Positions 1 to 10,956 of a stretch of 54,287 nt of DNA are shown here, one piece after another. The translations under genes and the position numbers were made by a program. Origin of the DNA: a virus (lineage: Duplodnaviria > Caudoviricetes); the IMG/VR virus record IMGVR_UViG_3300017987_000113, positions 1 through 54,287 of that record. One strand, given 5' to 3'. How positions within the stretch are numbered: position 1 is the first letter of the stretch; each line of letters begins with the position of its first letter. The notes under the pieces are model-generated. The model saw only the letters and a list, made by a program, of their open reading frames with translations. It made no database searches and had not been told where the DNA came from.

Positions 1-259
1 TAGATCCATTATCGTTAGGATCGGTGTAGATATCTATTACCCGGTGAACATTACAAGGAAGTTTAGCTGCATAGTTGGTTACAACCAAAGGAACTTGCAG
101 GAATAAAAACATATTGTCCACATCTCCCAGATAATCTGTTTCCACCTCCTGACACCATTCCATTACATCATCAGGGTGAAATTCTTTTTGCTTTATATAC
201 CTGGTTAACCTTGCAAGTATATTTAAGTGATCAGTGTATTTAGAGTTGTCGTAATTCAT
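1..259 (-). CDS. Partial (3'-truncated) crAss-like tail ring/tubular protein
   Basis: Manually translated ORF MNYDNSKYTDHLNILARLTRYIKQKEFHPDDVMEWCQEVETDYLGDVDNMFLFLQVPLVVTNYAAKLPCNVHRVIDI... runs off the window. Its position after an IHF-like gene matches crAss gene order. Confidence 0.5.
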   Translation of the reverse strand, partial: MNYDNSKYTDHLNILARLTRYIKQKEFHPDDVMEWCQEVETDYLGDVDNMFLFLQVPLVVTNYAAKLPCNVHRVIDIYTDPNDNGS

Positions 260-776
260 ATTTTATCTTTTTCTGAGGTGCATAACGGTGGCCGTTATCA
301 ATCTCGATGTAAAGACGCTTTCTCCATCTTCGGGTAAACCGTGTATAGTACATCTTTCCTATCTTCTTATAAGAGTAGTTCGAAAGAAGTATCCGGGGAG
401 CAAAGTTTAGTCCTTCAGTCATTATATTAAACCGGTAGTTAGGACTATCAAAATCGTAATTAATCCCTATGGTAAGTTTGGCAAAGCTGTTATATGGAAA
501 CACAAAAGTCTCATTGTGGTATATAACATCTTTCATCATTCTATCAAGAAAAGCATATACTACCTCTGTAACTACTTTCTGCCTTAGTGATTTTCTGCTT
601 CTCTTATAATGCTTGGTCTTACCTTCTACCAGATTCCCGATCAGCTCCTCCCAGGATCCAAAGTTGCGGTTTACCTTATACAAAGAACTTTCATCATTTA
701 ACAAATCATATATATCTACCTGATCATATTCTTGAAGGTGTGGCTTAAACTTCCGGTTGCCCTGGCTGTTTTCCAT
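240..776 (-). CDS. IHF/HU-like protein of the crAss-like structural module
   Basis: Basic protein with VVTEVVYAFLDRMMKDVIYHNETFVFP..FAKLTIG segment resembling HU/IHF; syntenic with crAss IHF-like genes. Confidence 0.5.
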   Translation of the reverse strand: MENSQGNRKFKPHLQEYDQVDIYDLLNDESSLYKVNRNFGSWEELIGNLVEGKTKHYKRSRKSLRQKVVTEVVYAFLDRMMKDVIYHNETFVFPYNSFAKLTIGINYDFDSPNYRFNIMTEGLNFAPRILLSNYSYKKIGKMYYTRFTRRWRKRLYIEIDNGHRYAPQKKIKYELRQL

Positions 777-1230
777 ATCCTTTCGATCTTTTCATTATTC
801 TGTTCTGCTCTTTAATCTTCTGTATGGCCTGTTTATAACGTCTGTCGTTAATATCAATCTTGTAGGTGTTATCTATCGGCTGACCGAATACATCTCTTGA
901 GGTCTGTATCATGTCCGGAGTCTTATCCTCATACTTCTCCCTGGCATACTTGTCTTTGTTCTGCCATTCTTCAGGTATCTCCGGATTATAAACGACACAG
1001 GCGTAATCAGGTATCCAGAAATACTCATCATCCACATAAACCTTATAATGGATCATTTGCTGTTTCTGGTATGTTACGGCACAATCCTCACACTGATTAA
1101 CAATCATCTGAGTATCCGTATAATCGTACTGTCTGTTAACCAGGAACCACTGGTAGTTATCTTCACTACCTTTCATCCTGATCGATTCATACATTACGAT
1201 TCTTCCTATTACCACTTCCCCATCGGACAT
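745..1230 (-). CDS. Hypothetical protein
   Basis: 161-aa ORF co-oriented and overlapping its neighbours. Confidence 0.6.
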   Translation of the reverse strand: MSDGEVVIGRIVMYESIRMKGSEDNYQWFLVNRQYDYTDTQMIVNQCEDCAVTYQKQQMIHYKVYVDDEYFWIPDYACVVYNPEIPEEWQNKDKYAREKYEDKTPDMIQTSRDVFGQPIDNTYKIDINDRRYKQAIQKIKEQNRIMKRSKGYGKQPGQPEV

Positions 1231-1478
1231 GCTGATTTATAACTCCTTGTTTTTGTTTCTATAGGACACTTACATTTAGTGCAGCCTATGTAAGAGACCT
1301 TTTTCAGAACAGGGATACGCCTGGTAACTGTAATTCTATCGCAGTAGAAACAATCCGAGCATATCTTAATTCTTCTGTGGGCCTCTTTTTCAACATTTGG
1401 GTTTTCAAATATGTAATTTCTCCAGCCTGCTATTATCTGCCTAAGACCTTCGGCTTTCTCCTTTACATTTAATGCCAT
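1209..1478 (-). CDS. Small Cys-rich (zinc-binding) phage protein
   Basis: CxxCxxC...CxxCxC...CPxxKW pattern. Confidence 0.6.
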   Translation of the reverse strand: MALNVKEKAEGLRQIIAGWRNYIFENPNVEKEAHRRIKICSDCFYCDRITVTRRIPVLKKVSYIGCTKCKCPIETKTRSYKSACPMGKW

Positions 1479-1481
1479 TTC

Positions 1482-2171
1482 CTATTGTTTACTGGTTCTT
1501 ACATTTTCTCCCAGTGTCATCATCGGTTCTCTCAGGGCATCATTAATATGATCCCTGGTCAGGCCGTATGCAGATAACACCTGCTTTAATACCAATAACT
1601 GTAACTTGTTTACTGAGGGTACAGGATAATCATCTTCAGCATCATAATTACAAGCTGTAAGCGGATCATTTAAGATCGCTACCATTGTAAGAAACTTTGG
1701 AGATAGTGAGGGCAGGTTCTTTAAAACAGCCTGTTCTCCGACAACAGTATATAGAGGATTATGGCCCGTGTACCTGTTTCCTGCAGAAGCTATATATCCG
1801 GATAAGGTTTTGCGTACAAAGTTATTTCTTGTGCCGAACTTATCAGTACCCAGATATTTTATGTTCTTCCATTCTATCTTTGTTACAAGAGTAGGCAGAT
1901 TAACATAATAAAACTTCTCATTAGACTCAATAGTAATACCGTCAATGGTACACTCAGAAGCAGATTCACACTGTACTTCCAGGCAATCCACAATCTGATA
2001 GTATTCATCGGACATTTTCTTATTATCGAAATCTTCTCTTATCAGAGAGGCACGCATAATATCCATCTGATCTTCTATAAACTCAGGATCAAGTAAGCTA
2101 TCATCTGTTAGCTTTAGACCCTCAAGCTGAAGAATGATGTTATCTCTTATTTTGTATTTAGGATTTGCCAT
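1482..2171 (-). CDS. Virion structural protein (crAss-like ring protein)
   Basis: Size and position downstream of MCP and auxiliary capsid gene in the conserved crAss block. Confidence 0.55.
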   Translation of the reverse strand: MANPKYKIRDNIILQLEGLKLTDDSLLDPEFIEDQMDIMRASLIREDFDNKKMSDEYYQIVDCLEVQCESASECTIDGITIESNEKFYYVNLPTLVTKIEWKNIKYLGTDKFGTRNNFVRKTLSGYIASAGNRYTGHNPLYTVVGEQAVLKNLPSLSPKFLTMVAILNDPLTACNYDAEDDYPVPSVNKLQLLVLKQVLSAYGLTRDHINDALREPMMTLGENVRTSKQ

Positions 2172-2183
2172 TGGTGTGTTATT

Positions 2184-2218
2184 AAAAGAAAGAGAAGACA
2201 GCCCGAAGGCTGCCTCTC
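2184..2218 (-). terminator. Intrinsic terminator
   Basis: GAGAGGCAGCC-TTCG-GGCTGTCTTCTC followed by TTTCTTTT on minus strand, after gene 2236-3675. Confidence 0.8.
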
Positions 2219-2235
2219 AATCTTGTTAGTTTCGA

Positions 2236-3675
2236 TTACGGGCCAATTACCGGACAGAACGCTTCTATCAGATCATCAAAAGATGAATCCGGTATAGCCG
2301 GATCTGAATCCATCCAGTCATTAGAATCCCAGAGAAGGTCATCGACCAGGCTCTCAAGGATATAAATTTCAATACTTCCTCTGAACAGGTTCAGGTGGCT
2401 CGCACCCTCACTAAGCGAATCAACGTGATCACAGGTTGAAGTAAGGATATACTTGACGTATCTTTCACCGTCAATAGGTTCATTCCTTCTGTAAGTCATA
2501 TTGGAAAGCATACCATTCTGAGGAACGTGCATAAACACCCTGAATACATCATCAGACGTAAGATACGGGAATCTTCCAAATGGATCTTGCACAAGCCCTA
2601 CCAGTAAAATACTTGAGCCTGCAGGGAATGTTACCCTGATAGAAAGATCATCGAATTCCTGCACACCTGTTACCCAGACATGGTATCCGTCAACATTAAC
2701 AGCACGAAGACCGATATCTGCATCATTGATAGAATCTACAAGGTCGTCAATATCTGCTTCAGAAAAACTATCTCCAGATCCATCCTGGAAGTAAATATCC
2801 ACATCTGCTACTGAATCATCAGTACAATCAAGCATAAATCCGTAGCATCCTTCAATACCAGCTACAAATGAATTATCATACTTAACGTGGAACTGAACGT
2901 TCACATCTTTCTGCCTGATAGCAATCTTTCTCCAGGTTATACTTGTATCGGTGCCAGCTTCAACCGTGAAGTTAGCTCCCCCTACAGGAGAAATAAGATA
3001 AAACTCTGTATCAGTAGCACCAGGAAAAGCAGTGATCTCGCCGGCAAGCTGAACATTGATAGCAGTAACAAAATCACTGATTCCGGTAACAGCCGGGGTA
3101 CTGTGATCGCCTGCTACTGTAATGGTAATAGTGTTTCCGTTACTGTTAATAACAAGCGTACTCTCATCTGTAGCATCATCATCACTGATCAGGTACATTC
3201 TTCCGGCCTCCACAATCGCATCCTCATCATCAAAGATCTGTTTCAGGATTGTATCCTCCATCAGAAGTACATCTTCTTCACTCATCGTTCCATCGCTGCA
3301 TTCCTGAACATTATCAAGGACACTACCATAAAAACGATTGGTAGGGTAGTAGTTATCATTAAGCACACCGGGATCTCTCACGGTACCCTCAATGGTAATT
3401 CCGTATTCGTAGTTACAATCCTCGCAAGGGCAAAGATCGTTAATAGTAAGCAGTTGGCATTTGATTGAACCATCATCCGGCTCAATCTTCTCTCTGGTAA
3501 TACACCCAGTCATGTAACACTCCATTTCAAGGCCTACACCAAGAGCATGAAACTTAAAGCCTGGTCTGAAATAGCTGCCTTGCAAAGCGATTAACATATC
3601 CTGAGATATGCCAAAGTCTGAAGCCGCTAATGTATTAAAGAGCAGCTTCGGGATAGGTTTTGATAAATTTCCCAT
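2236..3675 (-). CDS. Probable auxiliary capsid/decoration protein
   Basis: Acidic 479-aa protein in the crAss capsid block, followed by a terminator (consistent with high copy number). Confidence 0.45.
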   Translation of the reverse strand: MGNLSKPIPKLLFNTLAASDFGISQDMLIALQGSYFRPGFKFHALGVGLEMECYMTGCITREKIEPDDGSIKCQLLTINDLCPCEDCNYEYGITIEGTVRDPGVLNDNYYPTNRFYGSVLDNVQECSDGTMSEEDVLLMEDTILKQIFDDEDAIVEAGRMYLISDDDATDESTLVINSNGNTITITVAGDHSTPAVTGISDFVTAINVQLAGEITAFPGATDTEFYLISPVGGANFTVEAGTDTSITWRKIAIRQKDVNVQFHVKYDNSFVAGIEGCYGFMLDCTDDSVADVDIYFQDGSGDSFSEADIDDLVDSINDADIGLRAVNVDGYHVWVTGVQEFDDLSIRVTFPAGSSILLVGLVQDPFGRFPYLTSDDVFRVFMHVPQNGMLSNMTYRRNEPIDGERYVKYILTSTCDHVDSLSEGASHLNLFRGSIEIYILESLVDDLLWDSNDWMDSDPAIPDSSFDDLIEAFCPVIGP

Positions 3676-3690
3676 GATTTATAATTTATT

Positions 3691-4521
3691 TTATTTAACT
3701 GTTTGGTTATTCTGTCTTAAAGATTGTTCTGCAAGATAGGACTGATACCTGGGATCGCCAGAACCTTCAAGATAAGTACGCACTGCGATAGCTACTATAT
3801 CTCTGCGATATAGTGGGTGTATCTCACAATTAATACTTCCATAGCCATTAACATACGGATCAACATCTACTGCAGGAGTAAAAGTACCATGGTCTCTGCC
3901 CGCTACAAATTCATCATCATCATACCATATTTTGCGGGGATACCTCAGATATTCTAACCGGAAACTGTGCCCAGTGGCACCACCGGTATATAAATAAATA
4001 AGGCCACCTTTGATATCGTACTTAATTCTTCTGTTAGTAGCTTTCTTATAATGATTGTGTTCTTCGGCAGTTCTGGCATCAGAACGGATTAAATCCAGTT
4101 CCAGCCAATCACTAATACCCGATTGCTCACAATTATCATCATCTCCGTAGTTAATTTTAAACGAAACTCCCAAAGCTCTTATATACCTTGGATAGTTCTG
4201 TGTAGTCTCCTGATCATTCGGAATGTCGGCATCAGGATCCAAAGGCAGTGTGAACACGCTCGGATTGCCGGCACTCTCAGGTGTGATAGGATATAAAGTT
4301 ATTCCTTCATGCACACATACTCCATCTGTTATAACGTGGATCGCTTCCAGTTTATCTATGTTTTCTTGAGTAAGATCGGTGAAAGGAATGTTCTCTCTTA
4401 TCCATATATCCTGAGCATCATTGATCAATCGATTAAACCTATCCGGAGGCACTGTATCTGTTTTATAGTTACGGATACCATCCAAAAAGGCATAATAAAG
4501 CTCTTGAGTCGTTAATAACAT
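3691..4521 (-). CDS. Virion structural protein (crAss-like ring/adaptor protein)
   Basis: FNRLINDAQ N-terminus, YLRYP motif, CEIHP...IVAIAV C-terminus typical of crAss ring proteins; synteny. Confidence 0.6.
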   Translation of the reverse strand: MLLTTQELYYAFLDGIRNYKTDTVPPDRFNRLINDAQDIWIRENIPFTDLTQENIDKLEAIHVITDGVCVHEGITLYPITPESAGNPSVFTLPLDPDADIPNDQETTQNYPRYIRALGVSFKINYGDDDNCEQSGISDWLELDLIRSDARTAEEHNHYKKATNRRIKYDIKGGLIYLYTGGATGHSFRLEYLRYPRKIWYDDDEFVAGRDHGTFTPAVDVDPYVNGYGSINCEIHPLYRRDIVAIAVRTYLEGSGDPRYQSYLAEQSLRQNNQTVK

Positions 4522-4523
4522 GG

Positions 4524-5630
4524 CTATATAAGATTAACTGTAAAATCAATAAGAAGATCACGGCCAGCTCCCTCAAAGAGTTTCTGGGCATGAGCTTCTG
4601 TTACACCATTTTCAATAGCTATAGCAATTAGCTTATCATCATCTTTAGTTCTTGACATCCTCGATTTCAGCTGTCCTCTTTTTGCATTACGCACTTTAAC
4701 CTGGTTCTCTAAAATAGCTTTCTCCTTAGCCTTTTCTTCATCAACACCTTCAACACTGGTTTCCGGAATATCATCGGGAAGGGTCTTTACTTTATCGTGG
4801 TACTGTTTAGCCCACTTGGTTACAAAGGTTTCGTTTTCCTTTCTATCCATAAAGCGAATGACTTCTTCTACCGTAGCACCTAAGAACCTGCCACCATCAA
4901 AAAAGTTACCCTCTTTACGCTGAATGATCTTATTAGTTTCCAACTTGAGTATATAAAGAATCTGTTTAGAATCTTTGCTATAACTCTTAATAACATCATA
5001 CGGGTGCTTTTCACAAGCCACAAGGATCTTCTCCTCTAACTGCAGCTTTGTTAAAACATCAACGTTTACATTAAAGCCCGGGACACTATAGTTTAGGAAA
5101 AGAGCCACATCGACCAGAGATCGTGCTGCTGTCTGTTCCCTAACCAGTTTCTGAGCTTTGAAGATTGTATCTTTTTTGGTTACATATTGCCTTGCTTCCT
5201 GTTCCTTATCTTCAATATAAAAATAATGTGTACCCTTTTTAACTTTGTCTTTAGAGGGTGCAACAACTCTCCTCTGCAGTTGATAGAAGTCATATAGAGC
5301 TTTATCCTTCGGAGCTACATAACTTCCATCTTCATATCTGCTGAGGTTAAGTCTTTTTAAATGAATAATCGGAACGGGATTTTCAGGGTTAATAATATAA
5401 GGAAATTTCTTCTTCTTATCTTCACTCAGGTCTACTTCGCCAATCATTTCCTTAATAGTCAGGTTGCCAATAGTGCTTGGGTCTTCCGGATTAATGTGCT
5501 GGCCCGTGATGTAAGTATTGGCTCTTTCATCAAGAACGGCAACAGCCGGATAAGGAGATTTCCTGTACCTGGGGTCAACTGATATGACCCGTACAACTTT
5601 TTTAGTTATTCCTGTGCTTTTCATTGTCAT
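4524..5630 (-). CDS. Conserved crAss-like protein downstream of MCP
   Basis: 368-aa ORF directly after MCP. Confidence 0.55.
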   Translation of the reverse strand: MTMKSTGITKKVVRVISVDPRYRKSPYPAVAVLDERANTYITGQHINPEDPSTIGNLTIKEMIGEVDLSEDKKKKFPYIINPENPVPIIHLKRLNLSRYEDGSYVAPKDKALYDFYQLQRRVVAPSKDKVKKGTHYFYIEDKEQEARQYVTKKDTIFKAQKLVREQTAARSLVDVALFLNYSVPGFNVNVDVLTKLQLEEKILVACEKHPYDVIKSYSKDSKQILYILKLETNKIIQRKEGNFFDGGRFLGATVEEVIRFMDRKENETFVTKWAKQYHDKVKTLPDDIPETSVEGVDEEKAKEKAILENQVKVRNAKRGQLKSRMSRTKDDDKLIAIAIENGVTEAHAQKLFEGAGRDLLIDFTVNLI

Positions 5631-5647
5631 AAATTAAATAGTTAATA

Positions 5648-7126
5648 CTACTGTGATCCCTGGTCTTCAAGTGTAAGGTACACTGAATCGCTCTGAACAG
5701 GGCGGAAGATTTTCTGGATCTTATTCCTGGAAATGATACCGGTCTGGAAAAGTACATGCTTATGTGAACCATCAACTGAGGTAGCCATTTCACCACCTTT
5801 ATCAATACCACTTACTGTACCGGTCTTAGGAGGCCTGAGCTGTACAAGCTCTACACCTTTATCGCCACCCTGAGTATTGCCCAGAGGAACAAAAATACCA
5901 TCCCAAGATCCTTTTCGTGTACCATCATCAAGATACATAGAAGCTCTTTCCTGGCTATCAAGCCAACGGTACCTTTTAGGTATGATCCTTACACCGTCAA
6001 CCTCATAGTAGCTATAGGTGTTGATAACACCCTTTGAAGCACCATCGCCTACTACGTTGTTATTCTGAGTAACAAACCCAGCATCACGTAATGCCTGTGA
6101 GAAACCAGAAACAGCTTTACGGCCACCCAGGAATACAATTTCCTGTAGACCATCCATACCGGCTCTGATATCAGCATCTTCCATAAGCGATTCAATGAAC
6201 TTCATTGTCCATTTGTTATAAGGATATTCATATGCACCGTCATTCTGGTGTATAACACCCTGACCGGCCATAACCTCACGGTTTTTCTTATCCTTCATCA
6301 ACACTTCACCATCCATACTGACCGTACCTTTACCCCAAATCATCCAGTATTCGTGATACTGTGCTGCACGTTTCATCATTTCATTCTGAGCATGGGTAAG
6401 GAAAGTCTGCTGGCCATTATGGATAGTCCATAATTTATCTTCTTTCATAGCGGCAGCTGTACCTGACCAGGAATATTTCAGCCTTTGAAGAGTCATGTAA
6501 GCGTGGCCCCAACCATCGAAGGTATATTTCTCAACACCTGTTTCGGAGAAGTCATGGATATCCATTGTTGATACGACTCCGATCTCATTGCCTTCAGCAA
6601 GCAGTGAAACATCTACGAAGTCTTCTTTTACGGTGGTAATCAGCTTTACTTCATATCTCCACGCATCACCGAATTCTACAGGAGGATTATCGTCATAAAT
6701 ATAAAGCTGTGTGTCGTTGTCGTTAAGTTCAAGGATCTCTTTTGGGCCCGCCCAGTTACTATCACAAAAGATGTAAAAGGGTGTCTGGTTAAAACCAGGC
6801 TGTGTCGGGTAGGTAGGAGAATAAAAAGTAGCACCCACATCAGGGTTACTTCTTATACGCAGTTTGCGTTTATCTGAACTCTTAATAGCGTACTGGACAT
6901 GATTCGACTTTACTACACGGTAGTTTTTATTTACCATGCCATCGAAAAGCCCGGTAGTCTTCATCCCTTTCACATTAAGAAGCGACGTAAGAGGAGATTC
7001 TTCCTCTTTCCACAACTCAAAAACTGTAGGGAGAATATCAGCGTTTGCTACGGCAGCGTCCATTAGACTGTGAGAGGATATAGACTCATTTGCAATATCT
7101 CTCGGCTGCCCCGGTAAATATCTCAT
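5648..7126 (-). CDS. Major capsid protein (crAss-like, HK97 fold)
   Basis: 492 aa; motifs such as WRYEVKL, TLQRLKYSWSG, G.G...Q and MATSVDG; TerL-portal-scaffold-MCP order. Confidence 0.85.
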   Translation of the reverse strand: MRYLPGQPRDIANESISSHSLMDAAVANADILPTVFELWKEEESPLTSLLNVKGMKTTGLFDGMVNKNYRVVKSNHVQYAIKSSDKRKLRIRSNPDVGATFYSPTYPTQPGFNQTPFYIFCDSNWAGPKEILELNDNDTQLYIYDDNPPVEFGDAWRYEVKLITTVKEDFVDVSLLAEGNEIGVVSTMDIHDFSETGVEKYTFDGWGHAYMTLQRLKYSWSGTAAAMKEDKLWTIHNGQQTFLTHAQNEMMKRAAQYHEYWMIWGKGTVSMDGEVLMKDKKNREVMAGQGVIHQNDGAYEYPYNKWTMKFIESLMEDADIRAGMDGLQEIVFLGGRKAVSGFSQALRDAGFVTQNNNVVGDGASKGVINTYSYYEVDGVRIIPKRYRWLDSQERASMYLDDGTRKGSWDGIFVPLGNTQGGDKGVELVQLRPPKTGTVSGIDKGGEMATSVDGSHKHVLFQTGIISRNKIQKIFRPVQSDSVYLTLEDQGSQ

Positions 7127-7168
7127 ATCTTTTTAATTTAAGTGAGAATAAAAAATGTTTACTCCATA

Positions 7169-8230
7169 TTAAACCAACCTTGAACGGTCTACCGCTTTCG
7201 GTGCCGCTGGTGGCCCTGCCTGTTCCTTTGGAGTTACGCCTAACTTTGTGCTAATATCCTTCTTTATGGATTCCTTCATATCACTGATCTTCCCACGCAT
7301 TTGTTTTTCTCCGAGCCAAACCAGCGGTGCGAGCTTTAATATAAACTCATCATTGAATATTAATTCTTCGAACTTATTCATCCGTGTTTTGGGATCTCTT
7401 GTAAACATTGCCGGAAGATCTTTTATGAATTGAGCCCTATCTGCTTCGCTAAACTCTAAGCCCATAAAAGATTTCTCATTAGCTATAGTTTTTATATGAT
7501 CAGCTATAAGCTGCTGATTATCCTGTTCTGATTGCTGGAACCTCTGTATTTCTGCCTGCTGTGCAGCCTCTCTTTGCTTTGCACCTTTGGCATCGAGTTG
7601 CTTCTGCCAATCTTCCTTCATGGCGTTGGCCTCTCTATCCAGCTCTATACGGTTTTTACTGGAAATATACTCTGAAATATCTTCCTCTGTATATCCGTTA
7701 GGGTTTTCTTCAGTCTGGCCGTTAGTCTCCCTGAGATAAAATTCCAGAAACTTATCTGAGGGTAAACCAAGAACAGAAATTTCCTGGCTCTGTTGAATCA
7801 ACCATTCACTCCTGTTAAAATCTTCTCCCTGGCTGGCAGTAACATAATTCTGAATGAAAGGATCATTTAGAATCTCTGCCTGGGGAGGTCTTACATTGTT
7901 TTCGATAGCTTCAATGATAAGATCTGCCTCTGTTCTGCCTTCCGGAATATTACCGCTTGTTATAGCTTCCGGAATAACAAAAGGAGTTTCTTCTGTGCCA
8001 TACTTCTTAGAAATAGAATCCCATATAGGATTAACCGTTACTGTTTCCTGTGTCTCTGTAGTCTGCTGTGTTTCGGTAGTCTCTTGCGTTTGTGTTTCAG
8101 TAGTTTCTTGTGTTTCTACTGTTTCCACGGTCTCTATAGTTTCTGCCGTTTCCGGCTCTACTAAAGAATTATGATCCACCGCTGCAGTCTCCTGAGTTTC
8201 TTCTGTTGCATTTACATCATCTGGTACCAT
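7169..8230 (-). CDS. Putative scaffold protein
   Basis: Acidic low-complexity N-terminus (ETQETT repeats) and coiled coil; lies between portal and MCP. Confidence 0.55.
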   Translation of the reverse strand: MVPDDVNATEETQETAAVDHNSLVEPETAETIETVETVETQETTETQTQETTETQQTTETQETVTVNPIWDSISKKYGTEETPFVIPEAITSGNIPEGRTEADLIIEAIENNVRPPQAEILNDPFIQNYVTASQGEDFNRSEWLIQQSQEISVLGLPSDKFLEFYLRETNGQTEENPNGYTEEDISEYISSKNRIELDREANAMKEDWQKQLDAKGAKQREAAQQAEIQRFQQSEQDNQQLIADHIKTIANEKSFMGLEFSEADRAQFIKDLPAMFTRDPKTRMNKFEELIFNDEFILKLAPLVWLGEKQMRGKISDMKESIKKDISTKLGVTPKEQAGPPAAPKAVDRSRLV

Positions 8231-8292
8231 TGTTCATTGTTTTAGATTAATAATTATGTAAAATTATAATATAAATATAGTCATGTCAATTT

Positions 8293-10953
8293 TTAATTAT
8301 CAACTAAGTGTTCTTTTCGGCCCATTGTCTGTGCCTTCTTATCTTCCACTTTTATCTTCTCCATAGCCTCTGTATGCTTTTTATCATCTGTGTCCTTTTG
8401 CACCTGAAGCTGTGCAAAATTCATTACCTGCTGCATCTGTAATTCTATAGCACGTAGTTTTTCCTGAATGGTCTGGTGCTTATCCTGGTTCTTAAGCATA
8501 TTGCTTTCGGTTTTATCTTCCGTAGCAATTTCCATAAGACGAAGGTTCTTATCAACATCGATTTCGTATTTCTTCAATGCCTGGTTCTGTCTCTCAAGAT
8601 CCTCTGAACGTTTAGCCTGAGCATCATCTAAATCAGCTTTATACTTTTCTATCTGTGCTCTCTGTTCTTCAAAGAATTTCTTATACTGATTATCCAGCTC
8701 TATCTTCTCACGCTGCAGCTCTTTTTGATTGTGCTGTTCCTGCTGTGCCATTTTAGCAGCAAGTTTCTGAGACTCCTCTGTAAAGTACTCCAGCTTAACC
8801 TGCATCTCTGCCAGGGATTCTGAAGTCCACATTGTAAGAAGATCCAAAAACGGTAACTGCCCCTTTTCATTCTGACGAATAGCAAACTGCTTCAACTCTT
8901 CCATTGTCCTTAGCTGTTTGTTATTATCACTTACCAGTACCTCAAAATCTGCATTAAGCAATTTACCTTTAGGTATCTTAACAAGATCACGGTTAAGGTT
9001 GGCATCAAATACTTCGAAATGTTCATCTTCAGACATTCCGTATTTTATCTTCAAATTGATAAGCTGGGTAAGTGCCCGGGCCTCTATAGTATCATGGTCG
9101 TAATAAAGGATCTCTGTAATAAGCTCAGACATTTGTTGAGACTGCTGATTGGTTCCTACTTTATCAGTAGATACCTGCTGGCCCAAACGTGGTCTGGAAA
9201 TGCCCATGGTTTCACCGATCTCATTATCTATGCTTACCAGGATATTGTCCAGAAATTGAATAGCCTGGCTAATGGTATGATCATATCCGGGAAACTGATT
9301 AAAAGAGGTATCTCTACGCCGGCCATCTTCATCAGTACTGGAAATGTACCAACGGCCCATTTTCATCTGATACTCCCACTCATCTCTTGACAGATCAGGA
9401 GGCTTTTGAGACATATCCATAATGTTTCCACGGGTTCCGGAGACAGCCAGCATCAGCTCTCTGTGATAACTTACGATCTTATATAGCTTCTGAAGGTCTT
9501 TCGTACTCCAGATAAGACTATACGGCCTGTGGGTAATGCTATTGTAAGTATATCCTACTACCGGCAGTAAAACATCTCTCCAGTTATCCTGAGTTCTTGG
9601 CTGTATCACATCTTTACCATAATCAAGGAATATATCATAATCAATAATAACAGCTTTATAGCGATCATCAATGTAATAGGTCTCAACCTTATCTCCTTTT
9701 TTCTTACTAAAGGTCTCTACTCTTTCTTTCGGATAATATTCTGTTTCATCTTTCTTGTTAAAGTAATAACCGTTATCATAAAAATACTCAGAAGAATCGA
9801 TCAAAATTTTATCTTCCGGGATATAGTGGGAAAATACTTTACCAGGCTCATGTTTATTTTTAGAAATCTTCCGGAATACTTTCCTTTCAACCTTATACCA
9901 GATCTTATACACCCTAATACCATTACCGTTGGCATTTTCTTTTGTTCCGGCATATACATTCTCAGCAAGCAGGGCTCCCATATCCGGAGTAGCTACAAAG
10001 TCAGCACCATCATCTATATTCTGCCAGTAACGCTGTTCAAGTGCTTTAAGCTCATCATCAGAAAGCATATCTCCATAACTCTTAACAATATTGTCATAGG
10101 TCATAACTTCTTCTGTCATTACCCAGGGGCCTTCCTGCACCCACTCTACTGAATCTGTAGCAGGGAAATATACTTTGAGGGTGTCCAGTGCCTCGAAACG
10201 GGGATTTTTCTCTCCGGGAATATGATCTACATAATAAAACTCTTTTCCGGTAACACAACAGTTGATAAAACTACGGGTACTCTTTCTGGAAATGTTCAGT
10301 TCCCTTCTCAGATCATCGACTTTCTTTTGAGCAAGGATCTCCTCTACCTGTTTTTTACTTGCACCTTTTAAAGACTTAATCTTACGAAGTTCTTTATCGG
10401 TAAAATACTGTTCTTCTTCGATAGTAGACTTCATAAACTCTATCTGATTGTTTAGCTGTGGCATCATCTGACGTAACTGTTCCTGACGCTGTGCCTCTTC
10501 TTCAGACTGTGCTTGTTTTTGTAAAAACTCAGACACCTGGCGTTGTTGCTGCTCAAGCTCTACAAACTTTGTAGAAAGGATAAAGTGCCTCATTTTGAGC
10601 TTTTCATCAATAATATCTAAATTATTGTGTATCTGTTTTGAATACTTACGTTCCAAAGAGGCCTTATCTACAGTAGTAACATCAAAAACAAAAGGCCTGC
10701 GGGTCTGCTGGCTGGAAAGCAAGTTGATCTTAGGTCTCTGCTTACCCACATTACGAACCCTGGCCGGCAGATCGAAGTCTCCTACTTTAGTCAGATATTC
10801 AAACTCCGTATCATCCTGGTATTCGTTATACATATTCCAACAATCAATATCCCGTTGTCTTTGATTAGAGGAGGCCATAGCCATGTCTCTTATCTCAAAG
10901 GCCCGATCCTTTCTCCAGGATTTAGTGATTTTTTTATTCCTTAGCTTAGCCAT
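8293..10953 (-). CDS. Portal protein
   Basis: 886 aa with C-terminal coiled-coil barrel and GISRPRLGQ motif; adjacent to TerL. Confidence 0.85.
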   Translation of the reverse strand: MAKLRNKKITKSWRKDRAFEIRDMAMASSNQRQRDIDCWNMYNEYQDDTEFEYLTKVGDFDLPARVRNVGKQRPKINLLSSQQTRRPFVFDVTTVDKASLERKYSKQIHNNLDIIDEKLKMRHFILSTKFVELEQQQRQVSEFLQKQAQSEEEAQRQEQLRQMMPQLNNQIEFMKSTIEEEQYFTDKELRKIKSLKGASKKQVEEILAQKKVDDLRRELNISRKSTRSFINCCVTGKEFYYVDHIPGEKNPRFEALDTLKVYFPATDSVEWVQEGPWVMTEEVMTYDNIVKSYGDMLSDDELKALEQRYWQNIDDGADFVATPDMGALLAENVYAGTKENANGNGIRVYKIWYKVERKVFRKISKNKHEPGKVFSHYIPEDKILIDSSEYFYDNGYYFNKKDETEYYPKERVETFSKKKGDKVETYYIDDRYKAVIIDYDIFLDYGKDVIQPRTQDNWRDVLLPVVGYTYNSITHRPYSLIWSTKDLQKLYKIVSYHRELMLAVSGTRGNIMDMSQKPPDLSRDEWEYQMKMGRWYISSTDEDGRRRDTSFNQFPGYDHTISQAIQFLDNILVSIDNEIGETMGISRPRLGQQVSTDKVGTNQQSQQMSELITEILYYDHDTIEARALTQLINLKIKYGMSEDEHFEVFDANLNRDLVKIPKGKLLNADFEVLVSDNNKQLRTMEELKQFAIRQNEKGQLPFLDLLTMWTSESLAEMQVKLEYFTEESQKLAAKMAQQEQHNQKELQREKIELDNQYKKFFEEQRAQIEKYKADLDDAQAKRSEDLERQNQALKKYEIDVDKNLRLMEIATEDKTESNMLKNQDKHQTIQEKLRAIELQMQQVMNFAQLQVQKDTDDKKHTEAMEKIKVEDKKAQTMGRKEHLVDN

Positions 10954-10956
10954 ATC

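Noticed and set aside
8040-8210. DNA repeat element
   Set aside because: Explained by the low-complexity ETQETT coding region of the scaffold-like protein.
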